Positions 47,717-58,028 are shown, counted from the whole stretch's first letter. The stretch is 59,313 nt of DNA, filler included, from Candidatus Lindowbacteria bacterium RIFCSPLOWO2_12_FULL_62_27 (GCA_001784175.1; 4 parts of 4 records of this genome joined end to end with filler, not necessarily neighbours in it), one strand, 5' to 3'. Notes: generated from the letters alone by a model not told the origin. Numbers and translations are program-made.

Positions 47717-50700
47717 CGCCCGTCCGTTGCCTTTGAAACGATTGACGGTAATCGGTCGGTCAAGGGCAGAACCCATTACCACGAATGGGTTCGAATGTCA
47801 CAAATATCCACCATACGGTAAAGGTTTTATTCGTTTAATTCGTGTTAATGGTTTTCCGGCGTTTACCGATGGGTTCCGATTGACGCTGTCTGTTGTCTCT
47901 TGCCTGTTGCCTCTAATATTTTTTCAAACCCTCTCGGCCCACGCGATGCAGATTTTTGTCAAGACCGCAGCAGGCAAGACGATCACGCTCGACGTCGAGC
48001 CGAGCGACGGCATCGAGAACGTCAAGGCGAAAATTCAGGATAAGGAGGGAACACCTCCGACGGAACAGAGCCTGAAATTCGCCGGCAAACAACTCGACGA
48101 CGGTCGGACGCTCTCCGACTACAACATCCAAAAAGAATCGACGTTGCATCTCGTCGTGAAGAAACAATCGTCCGCGGAGGCCAAAATTTCGTTCTGGGCA
48201 TACTCGGGCGCCACCGTGCGCGCGACCGTGGCCGGCGGCGTTGCCCCGTACAAGTACTCGATCCAAACCAACAACTCCGGCGCGTCAGTTTCATCGGACG
48301 GTCTCTACACCGCCGGTTCGACGGCCGGCGTCACCGACATCATCCGCGTCACTGACGACAACGGAACATATCTCGAAGGCAAGGTCGAGGTGCGCGCCAT
48401 CCCTAAACCCTACATCCCGCCCAGCGAGCCGACGACGACCGACCCGCTCAAATTCACGGGACTGCGGACGGAAATCGCGAAGCTCTCAATCGAGCCGCCC
48501 TACATCACTCCGGATGCGCCGACGGCCGGCGACCTCTTGACGTGCAATCTCAATGGGTTCACGGGCAATCCTGTCGAATTCAAATATGAATGGTTGATCA
48601 CCGGCCAGGGAATGGTTGACAAACGGCTTTCGGAAATGAAAATGCCCGACAGTCAAAAAAATGTGTTTCAGACGCAAGTGGGCTGGCCGTCGGTAGAATT
48701 TAAATGCGAGGTCACCGCGATCGGCAGTGACGATGCGAAAGTCACCGCCGTCTCACCACCCGTCACTCCGAAGGCCTCTACCGAACTCGCGATCAACCCC
48801 AAACAGACAAAAGTAAAGACCGGGGGCATGTCCAACTTCAACGCGCTGAACGGCACGGGCAAATTGACGTTTTCAATATCGGAGAATAACTCGGGCGCGT
48901 CGTTACAAGAGATGGTGGGGAATGCTTCAGCAACCTCCTACAAAGCCGGCGCCACCGCGAATGTCACCGATCGCGTGCGCGTCACCGACGAGGCCGGCAA
49001 ATTCGCCGAGGCCACGGTGGATGTCTACATCGGGGTTACCATCTCCCCGGCGGTGGGAGAAGCCAAGCCAGGCGGCGAGTTTCAGTTCACGAGTTCTGGC
49101 GGCGTCGGCAAGAAGACGTTTTCCATTTTATCGGATCCGGCCACCGGGCAGTATGGAACAACAAACACCAAGTCCGGCGCGTCGATCGACCCCGTGACCG
49201 GTCTCTTCAAATCCGGCGCGAGCGCTTCGTTCGAAAATGTCAAGGTTCAGGACGAGGCATACGATCAGGCGTATGCGAGCGCGCAGGTCAAGGAACCGGC
49301 GGTCCCGCCTGCAATGACCGGGAAGCCCGTCATCACGCCGGGTAAACCGTTCGTCGGCGAAAAGCTGACCTGCAGCGATGGAGACTGGACCGGAAATCCT
49401 TACTCCTACGCGTATGACTGGAAAAAACCATCAGGCCTGATCCAGCATGGAGGGAATACCTACATAACCGTCGACGTGGACTTCGGGCAGGAGATCACTT
49501 GCGAGGTCACGGCAACCAACCAATACGGAAACGTATCGGCGCTTTCCGACCCTGTCGTTCCCGGGGTCAAGGAGGGTCTGCCGGCCCTTGAGGGCGATCC
49601 GGTCGTCACGCCGGAGAAGCCGTTCGTGGGGAATACCCTCACCTGCGACCAAGGTAAATGGAAAGGCGACCCTACCGATTACTATTATCAGTGGTTCAAG
49701 GATAATTGGAAAGATCCGCAACAGACGAGTCAGACATACACAACGACGTCCGGCGATAAGAATAAAAGTTTCTACTGCGAGGTGGTCGCGGAGAATGGCG
49801 TCGGGAAGTCGCTTGCCGCCAAGTCCAACACGGTCAAGGTGACCGCCGGCCCGCCGGCCAACTATAAGTCGCCGACCGTCGACCCGGGACTTCGCAAGGA
49901 CGACGGGAAGTTCACATGTATGAATGGAAGCTGGACCGAATACCCCACGTCCTACACCTACCGCTGGCTGATCGACGGCGTGGAGGTCGAGGCCGCGACG
50001 GAGCAGAACTACGCGCCGACGCCGTCGGACGCGAACAAGCCTATCACCTGCGAGGTAACGGCGGTCAACAACACCGGCACGTCCGAGCCCGCGCTATCGT
50101 CCAATCACGGCATCTTCCAGCTCTCTACGCCGAAGGGCCAACCGAAGATCACCCCTGCGAACGGCACATTCGGCGATGTCTTTACCTGCGACAAGTCTTC
50201 GTGGACTTTCAAGCCCGACACATTCCTTTACCAGTGGCGCAGGAACGGCGCGGACATTCCCGCCGCCACCTCGACGACCTACCAGGCGGGGGATGAAGAC
50301 ATGAAACAGAGCCTCACCTGCGTGGTCACGGCGTATCGGCCGGGCCTTTCCGAACCGGGAGTGGGAACCTCGGATCCGGTGACTCCGAATTGGTTCCAAC
50401 CGAACCAACTCGGCGCGCCGACGATCAGCCCGACGTCGTTGATGGTCGGTGAGATGCTCACCTGCGATCCGGGACAATGGAGCGGCAAGCCGGCGATCAC
50501 GTATCAGTGGTACAGACAAGGATGGGAACAGATCGCGAACGCGACGGAAACGACTTATGTCACGGCAGAGAAGGATGCATGGCAGGAAATCCACTGTCAG
50601 GTAGCCGCGACCAATCCCTCAGGTGTCGCAACGGGGACGTCGAATAAGGTCAAACCGAGCGCTCCGGCGCCCATGAATACCGATTCTCCAACACTGACTC

Positions 50701-53700
50701 CTATCGAGCCGAAAGTCGGCGAGAAGCTCACCTGCGATAAAGGCGCGTGGACCAACGCAGCCTCCTTCACATACAAGTGGTACATCAACAACGTGGAGTC
50801 GTCGTGGCGGGCAAAGAACGAGTATCTCCAGACGTCAAGTTCCAGCGGCGACGCGGGCAAGGAGTTTTACTGCGTCGTGACGGGAAAATCGGCCGATCCA
50901 AACGGGCCGACGGCTTCCGCCCGTTCGAACACTGTCATTCCGAAAGAGCCTCCGCCGGTCGCGTCGACAAGTCCGTCGATTTATCCGAAGGAACCCTTCA
51001 TTGGAGATGCTCTGACCTGCAACCCGGGAAGCTGGAGTCCATCTCCGGATAAAGCCGTTTACCAGTGGCGGCGGGACGGCGAGGACATCGAGGGCGCGAC
51101 GGGCAAAGCCGAACTCGGCATGTACGCGACTCCACCGAAGTATACGACTGTTCTGGCGGACGGCTTGAAAAAGATCACCTGCGTCATCTTCGCGTATAAT
51201 AAGTCCGGCGATTTCGCGACTGGCGTTTCGAACGAGGTTGTTCCCAAATTCAAGGCGCCGGTGAACACGATTCGCCCCGTGTCTTCTGCCAGTAAGACCA
51301 CGAACAACGGGATTCCGAAGGGCGCGACCCTGACGTGCGATACCGGCGTGTGGAAGAATTATCCCACGGATTACTCCTACCAGTGGATGAGAGGGAGCAC
51401 GAAAGACCAGACGAAAGGGACGAAGATTCCGGACGCGACATCCAAGGATTACGCGGTAGCGCCGGCAGACGGCGGCATGTACGTCTGGTGCGTGGTCACG
51501 GCCACGAACTCAGCCGGATCGGCCGAGGCCCCTTCTTCGACTGTTTTCCTCATCATTAAGTTCCCCCCGGCCGGCGGCGTACCCACCCTTTCGCCGGGCA
51601 AGGCGCTTGTTGGGGAAAAACTCACCTGCGACGCGGGTACATGGACGCCAACGCCCTATTCTTATACACATACATGGTATCGGGACGGCAAGGAATTCTG
51701 GGCGCCAAGCGGCAGCGGCGCTCCACTCGACCCCAAGGCGCAGTATCAGACCGTCGCCACGGACGTGGGCAAGATATTCACCTGTGAAGTGACCGCAAAG
51801 GAAAAGAACGGCGTCGCCTCGGACCCGGCCACGTCAAACGAGGCCACGGTGATCTGGCCGACGATCGATACATCCGCAATAACCGTGAAAGTCACGCCGG
51901 CCGCTCTCGTAGAGGATGCGCATCCGGTCGAACCCCAGCGTCTCGATTGCGCTCCGCAAGACTTTAAGATCGACCTGGATAATTTCACATACAAATATTC
52001 CTGGTTCCGGGGTGGAGACAAGGTTTCGGACAAAACCGGTAAAGAATATGTGACAAGCATCGATGACGCGGGCAAGGATATGACCTGCGCCATGTCGGTG
52101 TCGAACAAGGGCGACGAGTTATTGGGATCGTTCCCGTCCGTCAATTCCGTGACCGTGACGCTTCGAAAGCCGGTAATCACGTCGCTCGAAATCCCCATTG
52201 ACAAGGAAAGCATGACCGGCAAGCTGACCTGTTCAGGGAAGTGGAAGGGGCAAGCGGACGAGGTCAAATACTGGTGGGAGGTCGACGGCGTCGCGATTCC
52301 GGGCGCGAATTCGAACGTCTACCAGATGGCGGCGGCGGACAACAAGAAAGGACTCACCTGCGCGCTCAAAGTCTCCAACAAGGCCGGCGATGACAGCAAG
52401 AAAAGCACGCTCACGATCCCCGAAGTGACGGCAACCCTGCGGCCGACCAGCCCGGCCTTTAAGGGAAAGACGGAGGAACTGGCGAATTACACCTTCCCAC
52501 CGGGCAGCGTGTTCGACTGCAAAGCCGGCGGTTGGACTGAGGGTACCAAGTACGCATACAAGTGGCTGATAGACGGGGTCGAAATTCCGGGCGCGAAGGA
52601 CGCCTCATACACGGCGCCCATGGATCCGGCGAGTCAGAAAATCAGCTGCAAAATCACCGGCGACGATTTCTTCGGCGAACGCTCGGCGCTGAGCAATCCT
52701 GTGGCCGTCCTGGATACCACGTTCAGACAAACTGAATTTACGCCCGAAAAACCGAAGTATGACGGAACCATTAAGCAAGAAGTATTCGTGGGAGGCCTAG
52801 AACATAATGCGGCCACGCAGAATGTGCGGCTCAAGTGCAATCCCTCCAAGGAGTGGGACGCAATCAGCGCCGACAATTGGACGCTTACATGGTATAAGGA
52901 CAACGCCGTTCATCAGCGTAATACCAAGAAAGGACAAGCGGGAAACGATCCGGCGATCACTTACAATGCTTTGTCGCCGAGTAATGGGTGGTATTTGGGG
53001 CTGGCCGAGGCCGACGTTGGCCATACGTTCACATGTGAATTCACCGCCACGGAAGGTGGCACTGCAAAGACCGGCCGCTCCGCGCCATTCATGGCCACGG
53101 CGGGGGCGAAAGCTTTTTATATTGACCAGGGAGAACTGTTCGCACCGGAACCGCGGAAAGATCCGAATCTCACGTTCGCTGACCAACAGGTCATGGGGGG
53201 CAGGAACGAGGCGACCTGCAACGTCGGCACGGGCTGGAGTCCGCCCGCGCCGTTCTCGTATCGAATCACGTGGTACAGAAACGGCGACCCCATCAAGGAG
53301 GAGAATATCGACCTGCCGAAGAACAGTGTGAAGTACACGCCGGAATATTCTTTTCCGGACATGCAGCGTATTTCGTGCGAGGTTGTGGCCGCCCGCTATG
53401 CGATGAAGATGAAGGTGTCAGTGACGTCGGGCAGTCTAATCTACGATGTCGGCGAATCCCCAAAAGATCCGACCGTCTGGGTCTTGACCAATCCCAATGG
53501 GAATACAGAAACGGTGAAAAAGAGCGACCTGCCGTCCGGCTATGAGTTGTACATCGATTATGACGCATCTGCCCTCGTCGAACGACGCCCCTCGTCGAAT
53601 CATCTGATCGTGATGTACAATGGCGTGCTCCAACCCGTGGATGCCGCAGATACTTGGGGCGTGGCAACCGGCGCCGCCCCGACGTCCACAGGCGATGTCA

Positions 53701-54038
53701 CGCTTTACACCGCCGGCAAGATATCGGGATCGATGACGTTCACCCGGCGCGTAGACAATGCAAACGTTATCAAAGCCGGCGGATCGGACTTTCCCAATAA
53801 CACAACAAGCATGACGTCCAGCGCCACGGCTTATGAAATTATATCGACTACCAAAGGCCTTACTCTTCTTCTGACGCCGACGACCACCAAGTCCTCCGTA
53901 AAATTTGCCGTACAAGCGACCTATGCCAACGCGTTTGCCATGAAGTCATACACGATTAACATAGAACTTCGCAAAGAGGGATCCTACATTTCGCTGGACA
54001 AATTCAAGCTGACCATCGATCCCGGGAAGGGAGGATAA
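47709..54038 (+). CDS. Secreted giant protein: signal peptide, ubiquitin domain, ~15 Cys-paired Ig-like repeats
   Basis: Hydrophobic stretch ending LSAHA, then MQIFVKT..., then repeats P...VGExLTCxxGxW...YxW...TY...DxGxxIxCxVTAxN. The true start codon is uncertain. Confidence 0.88.
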   Translation: MNNARPLPLKRLTVIGRSRAEPITTNGFECHKYPPYGKGFIRLIRVNGFPAFTDGFRLTLSVVSCLLPLIFFQTLSAHAMQIFVKTAAGKTITLDVEPSDGIENVKAKIQDKEGTPPTEQSLKFAGKQLDDGRTLSDYNIQKESTLHLVVKKQSSAEAKISFWAYSGATVRATVAGGVAPYKYSIQTNNSGASVSSDGLYTAGSTAGVTDIIRVTDDNGTYLEGKVEVRAIPKPYIPPSEPTTTDPLKFTGLRTEIAKLSIEPPYITPDAPTAGDLLTCNLNGFTGNPVEFKYEWLITGQGMVDKRLSEMKMPDSQKNVFQTQVGWPSVEFKCEVTAIGSDDAKVTAVSPPVTPKASTELAINPKQTKVKTGGMSNFNALNGTGKLTFSISENNSGASLQEMVGNASATSYKAGATANVTDRVRVTDEAGKFAEATVDVYIGVTISPAVGEAKPGGEFQFTSSGGVGKKTFSILSDPATGQYGTTNTKSGASIDPVTGLFKSGASASFENVKVQDEAYDQAYASAQVKEPAVPPAMTGKPVITPGKPFVGEKLTCSDGDWTGNPYSYAYDWKKPSGLIQHGGNTYITVDVDFGQEITCEVTATNQYGNVSALSDPVVPGVKEGLPALEGDPVVTPEKPFVGNTLTCDQGKWKGDPTDYYYQWFKDNWKDPQQTSQTYTTTSGDKNKSFYCEVVAENGVGKSLAAKSNTVKVTAGPPANYKSPTVDPGLRKDDGKFTCMNGSWTEYPTSYTYRWLIDGVEVEAATEQNYAPTPSDANKPITCEVTAVNNTGTSEPALSSNHGIFQLSTPKGQPKITPANGTFGDVFTCDKSSWTFKPDTFLYQWRRNGADIPAATSTTYQAGDEDMKQSLTCVVTAYRPGLSEPGVGTSDPVTPNWFQPNQLGAPTISPTSLMVGEMLTCDPGQWSGKPAITYQWYRQGWEQIANATETTYVTAEKDAWQEIHCQVAATNPSGVATGTSNKVKPSAPAPMNTDSPTLTPIEPKVGEKLTCDKGAWTNAASFTYKWYINNVESSWRAKNEYLQTSSSSGDAGKEFYCVVTGKSADPNGPTASARSNTVIPKEPPPVASTSPSIYPKEPFIGDALTCNPGSWSPSPDKAVYQWRRDGEDIEGATGKAELGMYATPPKYTTVLADGLKKITCVIFAYNKSGDFATGVSNEVVPKFKAPVNTIRPVSSASKTTNNGIPKGATLTCDTGVWKNYPTDYSYQWMRGSTKDQTKGTKIPDATSKDYAVAPADGGMYVWCVVTATNSAGSAEAPSSTVFLIIKFPPAGGVPTLSPGKALVGEKLTCDAGTWTPTPYSYTHTWYRDGKEFWAPSGSGAPLDPKAQYQTVATDVGKIFTCEVTAKEKNGVASDPATSNEATVIWPTIDTSAITVKVTPAALVEDAHPVEPQRLDCAPQDFKIDLDNFTYKYSWFRGGDKVSDKTGKEYVTSIDDAGKDMTCAMSVSNKGDELLGSFPSVNSVTVTLRKPVITSLEIPIDKESMTGKLTCSGKWKGQADEVKYWWEVDGVAIPGANSNVYQMAAADNKKGLTCALKVSNKAGDDSKKSTLTIPEVTATLRPTSPAFKGKTEELANYTFPPGSVFDCKAGGWTEGTKYAYKWLIDGVEIPGAKDASYTAPMDPASQKISCKITGDDFFGERSALSNPVAVLDTTFRQTEFTPEKPKYDGTIKQEVFVGGLEHNAATQNVRLKCNPSKEWDAISADNWTLTWYKDNAVHQRNTKKGQAGNDPAITYNALSPSNGWYLGLAEADVGHTFTCEFTATEGGTAKTGRSAPFMATAGAKAFYIDQGELFAPEPRKDPNLTFADQQVMGGRNEATCNVGTGWSPPAPFSYRITWYRNGDPIKEENIDLPKNSVKYTPEYSFPDMQRISCEVVAARYAMKMKVSVTSGSLIYDVGESPKDPTVWVLTNPNGNTETVKKSDLPSGYELYIDYDASALVERRPSSNHLIVMYNGVLQPVDAADTWGVATGAAPTSTGDVTLYTAGKISGSMTFTRRVDNANVIKAGGSDFPNNTTSMTSSATAYEIISTTKGLTLLLTPTTTKSSVKFAVQATYANAFAMKSYTINIELRKEGSYISLDKFKLTIDPGKGG
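47946..48173 (+). other. Eukaryote-type ubiquitin domain within the 47709 CDS
   Basis: [70 protein letters not shown]; 60/70 identical to human ubiquitin; the tail is VKKQSS instead of LRLRGG. Confidence 0.97.
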
Positions 54039-54043
54039 TCGTC

Positions 54044-56347
54044 ATGACGGATTTCCCGCGGATTCTGCGCCGGGCGATGTTGCCTCTCCTCTGTCTCTTG
54101 CTTTTGAATACCGCCGCGCGGGCCGACGATGTCGTCGAGGTCGCAAAACCGTCGGCCGCCCGGGAGTCCTACGCGCCGGGCGAGGACGTGACGATCCAAT
54201 CCGAGGTGAAGAACACGAAGGCGTTTCCGATCCTCGTCGTCGCGCGGCTCCGCGTCATCGGGCCGGACGGGACGGAAATCTACAATGAGGAGAAAGACCT
54301 GGGCGAAATCGCCGGCAAGGCCGCCGCGATGGCGTCGTTCACCCTCAAGCTCCCCGCGGATGCCGGGGCCGGCGATTATTCCGCGACATTCGAACTGCGA
54401 AACCCATATTTCGCCACAGCCTCCTACTTCCAGAACAAGGGCAAACCCTTCGTCGTCTTCGAGGTCAAACTGTCGGAAGGCGCGAGGGCCGATCCCATCA
54501 GCGAGGCCAAAAAAATCCTTTCCCGCATGGTCGACGCGATGAACTGGCGCGACATCGACGCCCTCATGGACCCCGTCGCCCGCGGCGCGCGGGTGTCGAT
54601 GAACGGCAAGGCGTCGGGCGCCGGAGATTTCCGGATGGCGCTGTCGTCTGTCCTCCCGTTTCTGTCCGACCTTGTCTGGGACGCGCAGGTGACGCACGGC
54701 ACGATCGATCCGAAAACCGGCGCGGTCCGCCTCCGCGTCCGGTCGACCTATTCGGCCAAACTCGCCGAACCCGTCGGCGTCACGTCGGCTTCGCTGGCCA
54801 AGCCGAAGGACCTGGAATCCGAGCAGAAACGCATCACGGAGGCGTTCAACACGTCGGCGGAGGAGATATATGAGTTCAACCGCGCCGCGGGCGGCCAGTT
54901 GCAGGTCACCGAAATCGTCTCGGCCCTGCCGCTCGACGCCAAACTGCTCGATCGCATCGCCCTCATGGGCGCGGAGTGGGAGGCCAAGGTCGCGGTGTTC
55001 GGGCTGTTTTATTACATGGAGCAAAACGATCTCGGCAAATTCAGCGCGATGATCGACGATGGATTCGTCAACAATGACGACAACGGATTCAAACACAACA
55101 AGGCCGATTTTATCGAGTCCATCAAAGCCGACCTCGACCATCTCACCGCCATCGACCACAACGTCCGCGTCGAGGACATCCAGTTCAGCGCCGGGCATTC
55201 CGCCGCCCGCGTCCCCGTCACATGGGACCGCCGCGCCCGCATCGCCAACACGAGGTCGGAGTGGACCGTCAAGGATCAGAAGACGACCATGACGCTGAAA
55301 TACGACGCCGGCTTCAAACTCGCGCAGATCGAGGGCAAGCCTTTGTTCGGCAACTCGAGCCGGATGACGAGAAAGACGCTGATCGGCGCGGGCGAACTCG
55401 ACGGAACGACGATCACGCTGGCGATCGCGATCAGCGACGCGAGAGAGACGGCCGTCGCGTCGTCGTCCGACTTTCCGGGAAGTGAGTTGACCAACGTCTT
55501 GGCGCCGTCCTCCGGATCGTCGCAAACATTTACCTATACCGGCGCCGTGCAGACCTTCACAGCGACCGCGAACGCCGTGTTTACCATCAAAGCCTGGGGC
55601 GCCGGCGGTGGCGGCGGCGGATGGGACGCCGGCAATGGAGGCGCTGGCGGAGGCGGCGCCTATTCGACGGCAACGGTCACTTTGGCGAAGGGCGATATTA
55701 TTCAGATCTATGTGGCCCAAGGCGGTGACTCGGGGGCCAGTGAAGTCGGCAACATTGGTCTCGGCCCCGTCCTCGGCAACGGGCCGGGCGGATTTGGATA
55801 TGGGACGGGCGGCCGGGGCGGAAACGTCGCCAAATTTGCATCCGGCGGCGGAGGAGGCGGTGGTGGATCGTCCGCGGTTACGAATCAAAGCGGAGCGACG
55901 ATCTATCTGGTTGCGGCCGGCGGCGGCGGCGGCGGTGGCGGGAATTCGGTGGGTGTTTTAAATGGTGGAGCGGGCGGCGCTGGCGGTGTGAGTGGAACGG
56001 CATCCGCCGGCGCAGGTGGAGCGACCGGCGGTTCCGGATCAAAAAATGGAACCAACGGTGACGACAAGGGCGTGGGATTAGACGGCGGCGGCGGTGGCGG
56101 CGGCGGTGGCGGATATACCGCCGGCGGCACGGGCGGCAGCGTGACTGCGGTCGATGATGACGGCGGCGGGGGCGGTGGGGCCGGAGGAAACAGCACCGGC
56201 ACAGTCACGACCGGCAACGGCACAGTGCCCGGCAATTCGGCCGACGCGGATTTGACCGCCCTCGCGGCAGGCGGCACCGGTTCTACCGCAAATGTACCCG
56301 GCAACGCAACCCGCGGCGGCCACGGCCTGGTCAAAATATCATGGTGA
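54044..56347 (+). CDS. Secreted protein with an Ig-like domain, NTF2/SnoaL-like domains and a C-terminal glycine-rich domain
   Basis: SD GGAGG, signal peptide (AARA|D), and a glycine-rich domain FTYTGAVQTF...KAWGAGGGGG...VAQGG...GGGGGGSS...LVAAGGGGGG...GGHGLVKISW. Confidence 0.85.
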   Translation: MTDFPRILRRAMLPLLCLLLLNTAARADDVVEVAKPSAARESYAPGEDVTIQSEVKNTKAFPILVVARLRVIGPDGTEIYNEEKDLGEIAGKAAAMASFTLKLPADAGAGDYSATFELRNPYFATASYFQNKGKPFVVFEVKLSEGARADPISEAKKILSRMVDAMNWRDIDALMDPVARGARVSMNGKASGAGDFRMALSSVLPFLSDLVWDAQVTHGTIDPKTGAVRLRVRSTYSAKLAEPVGVTSASLAKPKDLESEQKRITEAFNTSAEEIYEFNRAAGGQLQVTEIVSALPLDAKLLDRIALMGAEWEAKVAVFGLFYYMEQNDLGKFSAMIDDGFVNNDDNGFKHNKADFIESIKADLDHLTAIDHNVRVEDIQFSAGHSAARVPVTWDRRARIANTRSEWTVKDQKTTMTLKYDAGFKLAQIEGKPLFGNSSRMTRKTLIGAGELDGTTITLAIAISDARETAVASSSDFPGSELTNVLAPSSGSSQTFTYTGAVQTFTATANAVFTIKAWGAGGGGGGWDAGNGGAGGGGAYSTATVTLAKGDIIQIYVAQGGDSGASEVGNIGLGPVLGNGPGGFGYGTGGRGGNVAKFASGGGGGGGGSSAVTNQSGATIYLVAAGGGGGGGGNSVGVLNGGAGGAGGVSGTASAGAGGATGGSGSKNGTNGDDKGVGLDGGGGGGGGGGYTAGGTGGSVTAVDDDGGGGGGAGGNSTGTVTTGNGTVPGNSADADLTALAAGGTGSTANVPGNATRGGHGLVKISW

Positions 56348-56364
56348 ATTTTTAATGGCGGCGG

Positions 56365-56688
56365 TTATGGATACTTTATGGTTGTCGCCCGTCCACGTTT
56401 TGCAATGGGCAGTTCGGCAAGAATCATGGGTACAAGACGCTTCAAGTCGGAAAGTTTATTCGTGGGTGCGGCGAGAATCAGGACAGCGATGTTTAACGCG
56501 GCAAGATTCTGCTGATGAGGGAGGTTTTGATCGACCGTGATGAATACGTCGAATTCTTTTTCGCAGAGAGACAACAATCTGCCGTTCCGGACGCCTTTCC
56601 ATCTCATGTCCTCGACAGTTTTGACGTCATGCCCGGCGATTTCCCCGGCTAACCGGCGGTCAATGCATTCGTCAAGCAGTATCTTCAA
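56365..56688 (-). CDS. DUF5615 PIN-like toxin
   Basis: TTG start; KILLDECI...GHDVKTV...W.GVRNGRLL...FDVFITVDQNL.HQQN. Confidence 0.85.
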   Translation of the reverse strand: MKILLDECIDRRLAGEIAGHDVKTVEDMRWKGVRNGRLLSLCEKEFDVFITVDQNLPHQQNLAALNIAVLILAAPTNKLSDLKRLVPMILAELPIAKRGRATTIKYP

Positions 56689-56689
56689 T

Positions 56690-56899
56690 TCAGAATGGGC
56701 CGGCCAGTACTTTCGACTTGGCTTCCTCGAGGAATGCGATGACCTGATCACGGCTGACCGTCGGGAACCCGTCGAGGAACTCATCGATGGACGATCCATC
56801 TTCCAGGTATTCTATCAGAGTCTGGGCGGGCACTCGGGTCCCCGCAAATACGGGTGTCCCACTCATAATTTGCGGGTCAACAATAATCACGCTGTTCAT
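56690..56899 (-). CDS. DUF433 antitoxin
   Basis: DPQIMSGTPVFAGTRVP...YLEDG..IDEFLDGFPTV. Confidence 0.9.
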   Translation of the reverse strand: MNSVIIVDPQIMSGTPVFAGTRVPAQTLIEYLEDGSSIDEFLDGFPTVSRDQVIAFLEEAKSKVLAGPF

Positions 56900-56905
56900 G
56901 AGTTT

Positions 56906-56934
56906 ATTATGCGCAATACCGCATCTAATTGCAA
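56906..56934 (-). promoter_or_regulatory. Sigma70-type promoter, leaderless geometry
   Basis: TTGCAA-17 nt-CATAAT, then 6 nt to ATG 56899. Confidence 0.65.
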
Positions 56935-57168
56935 GAATCGGAGGGTCAAAATATCATGGTAACCACCTGCTGCAACCTCCGCGTTTCTCTGCGTCAACTC
57001 TGCGCCTCCGCGGTGCGGAAGATGGGGAAGATGGTGCCAGCCCTTAAGTTATTCAAGTTATTTGGAAACTTCAATAACTTAGGGGCTGGCGCCGTCACAG
57101 GCAGCGCCGTCACAGGCACATCTTGTGGACGGTTTTTCTGCTGTTTTGAGTCAGTGCGTAACTCGTGT

Positions 57169-57301
57169 AAACAATTTCACACGAATGAACACGAATGTTC
57201 GAGCACGAATGAGCACGAATTTTTTTATGGTTTAACCCTCGAAAATCCCTTATTCGTGAGCATTTGTGTTCCATATTCGTGTTCATTCGTGTCAAATGTT
57301 T
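57169..57301. repeat. Small inverted-repeat (MITE/REP-like) element built from CACGAAT units
   Basis: ACACGAATGAACACGAAT (57179-57196) and its perfect reverse complement at 57275-57292, with further imperfect pairing. Confidence 0.8.
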
Positions 57302-57410
57302 CCACTGTTTACCGACAGATTCCCGAAGGTTCCGCATCATGACACGCCGGGAAAGGGAAAGGGGTCATTCCCAAACATTCACACCACGGGAATCAACGCT
57401 TCTGGATGAT

Positions 57411-57767
57411 TCAGCCTGTGCGATGGACGCGGACGGACGCCGGCCGGATCAAAAAAATACGGCCGGAGGTTTCTTTGTTGCCGTATCGATTGAGAAAGGC
57501 AGTCAGAATGGGATGAAGGACTTCAATCGTCTGCGGTCTAATGCGGAGGATGACAACACCGGGATGGGACTTCCCGGCGCGAAGAGCGCGCAGTCCGAAT
57601 CCTCGGTCGAATGTGATCAGCACACGATTGCGGCGGCACGCCACGGCAAAGACCAGATCGTCGTCCGCGCCGGGCTGGATGTCGCGAATCTCCTCGACGT
57701 CCGAGCCGAGGGATATCAGGAACGTCCCGGTTTCCGGGGAAAGATTCTGGTCAAGAAGAATGCGCAA
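57411..57767 (-). CDS. DUF5615 PIN-like toxin
   Basis: MRILLDQNLS...ADDDLVF...RVLITFDRGFG...HPGVVILR. Confidence 0.87.
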   Translation of the reverse strand: MRILLDQNLSPETGTFLISLGSDVEEIRDIQPGADDDLVFAVACRRNRVLITFDRGFGLRALRAGKSHPGVVILRIRPQTIEVLHPILTAFLNRYGNKETSGRIFLIRPASVRVHRTG

Positions 57768-57986
57768 TCAGGTGAGAGGGACTTCTTCGGTCATTCGAAC
57801 GGCCGACGCCGCATACCGGATGGCGGCTTTGACGTCGGCCCGCGTCAAATCCGGATAATGCCTGAGAATCCGCGGAATGTCATATCCGCCCTCGATGAGG
57901 GACAAAATGTTGGCCACCATGATGCGGGTCCCATGGATGTGCGGCTCTCCGTGACAGATCTTCGGATCACTCTCGATGCGTTTCAT
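57768..57986 (-). CDS. DUF433 antitoxin
   Basis: MKRIESDPKICHGEPHIHGTRIMV..IL..IEGG...YPDLTRADVKAAIRYAA; start chosen from the promoter geometry. Confidence 0.9.
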   Translation of the reverse strand: MKRIESDPKICHGEPHIHGTRIMVANILSLIEGGYDIPRILRHYPDLTRADVKAAIRYAASAVRMTEEVPLT

Positions 57987-57992
57987 GCCCAT

Positions 57993-58021
57993 ATCGTATG
58001 GCATGCCCGCGGATTAGTCAA
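57993..58021 (-). promoter_or_regulatory. Sigma70-type promoter, leaderless geometry
   Basis: TTGACT-17 nt-TACGAT, then 6 nt to ATG 57986. Confidence 0.65.
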
Positions 58022-58028
58022 GAATCGA

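Larger units (their letters stand above)
56329..56960 (+). repeat. 17-bp perfect direct repeat GGTCAAAATATCATGGT (56329-56345 and 56944-56960) flanking a TA module
   Basis: Duplicates the 3' end (VKISW) of the upstream gene. Each copy is completed by a stop codon (TGA, TAA). Confidence 0.88.

Noticed and set aside
47946-48173. Eukaryotic contamination as the source of the ubiquitin
   Set aside because: It is in frame between a bacterial signal peptide and Ig repeats, has no introns or GG tail, and sits in a prokaryotic gene context. Read-level confirmation is still desirable.
53984-55888. Long antisense or alternative-frame ORFs (e.g. 53984-55888, 9225-10592, 39750-41420, 58532-59197)
   Set aside because: Shadow ORFs expected in high-GC coding DNA, with no recognisable motifs.
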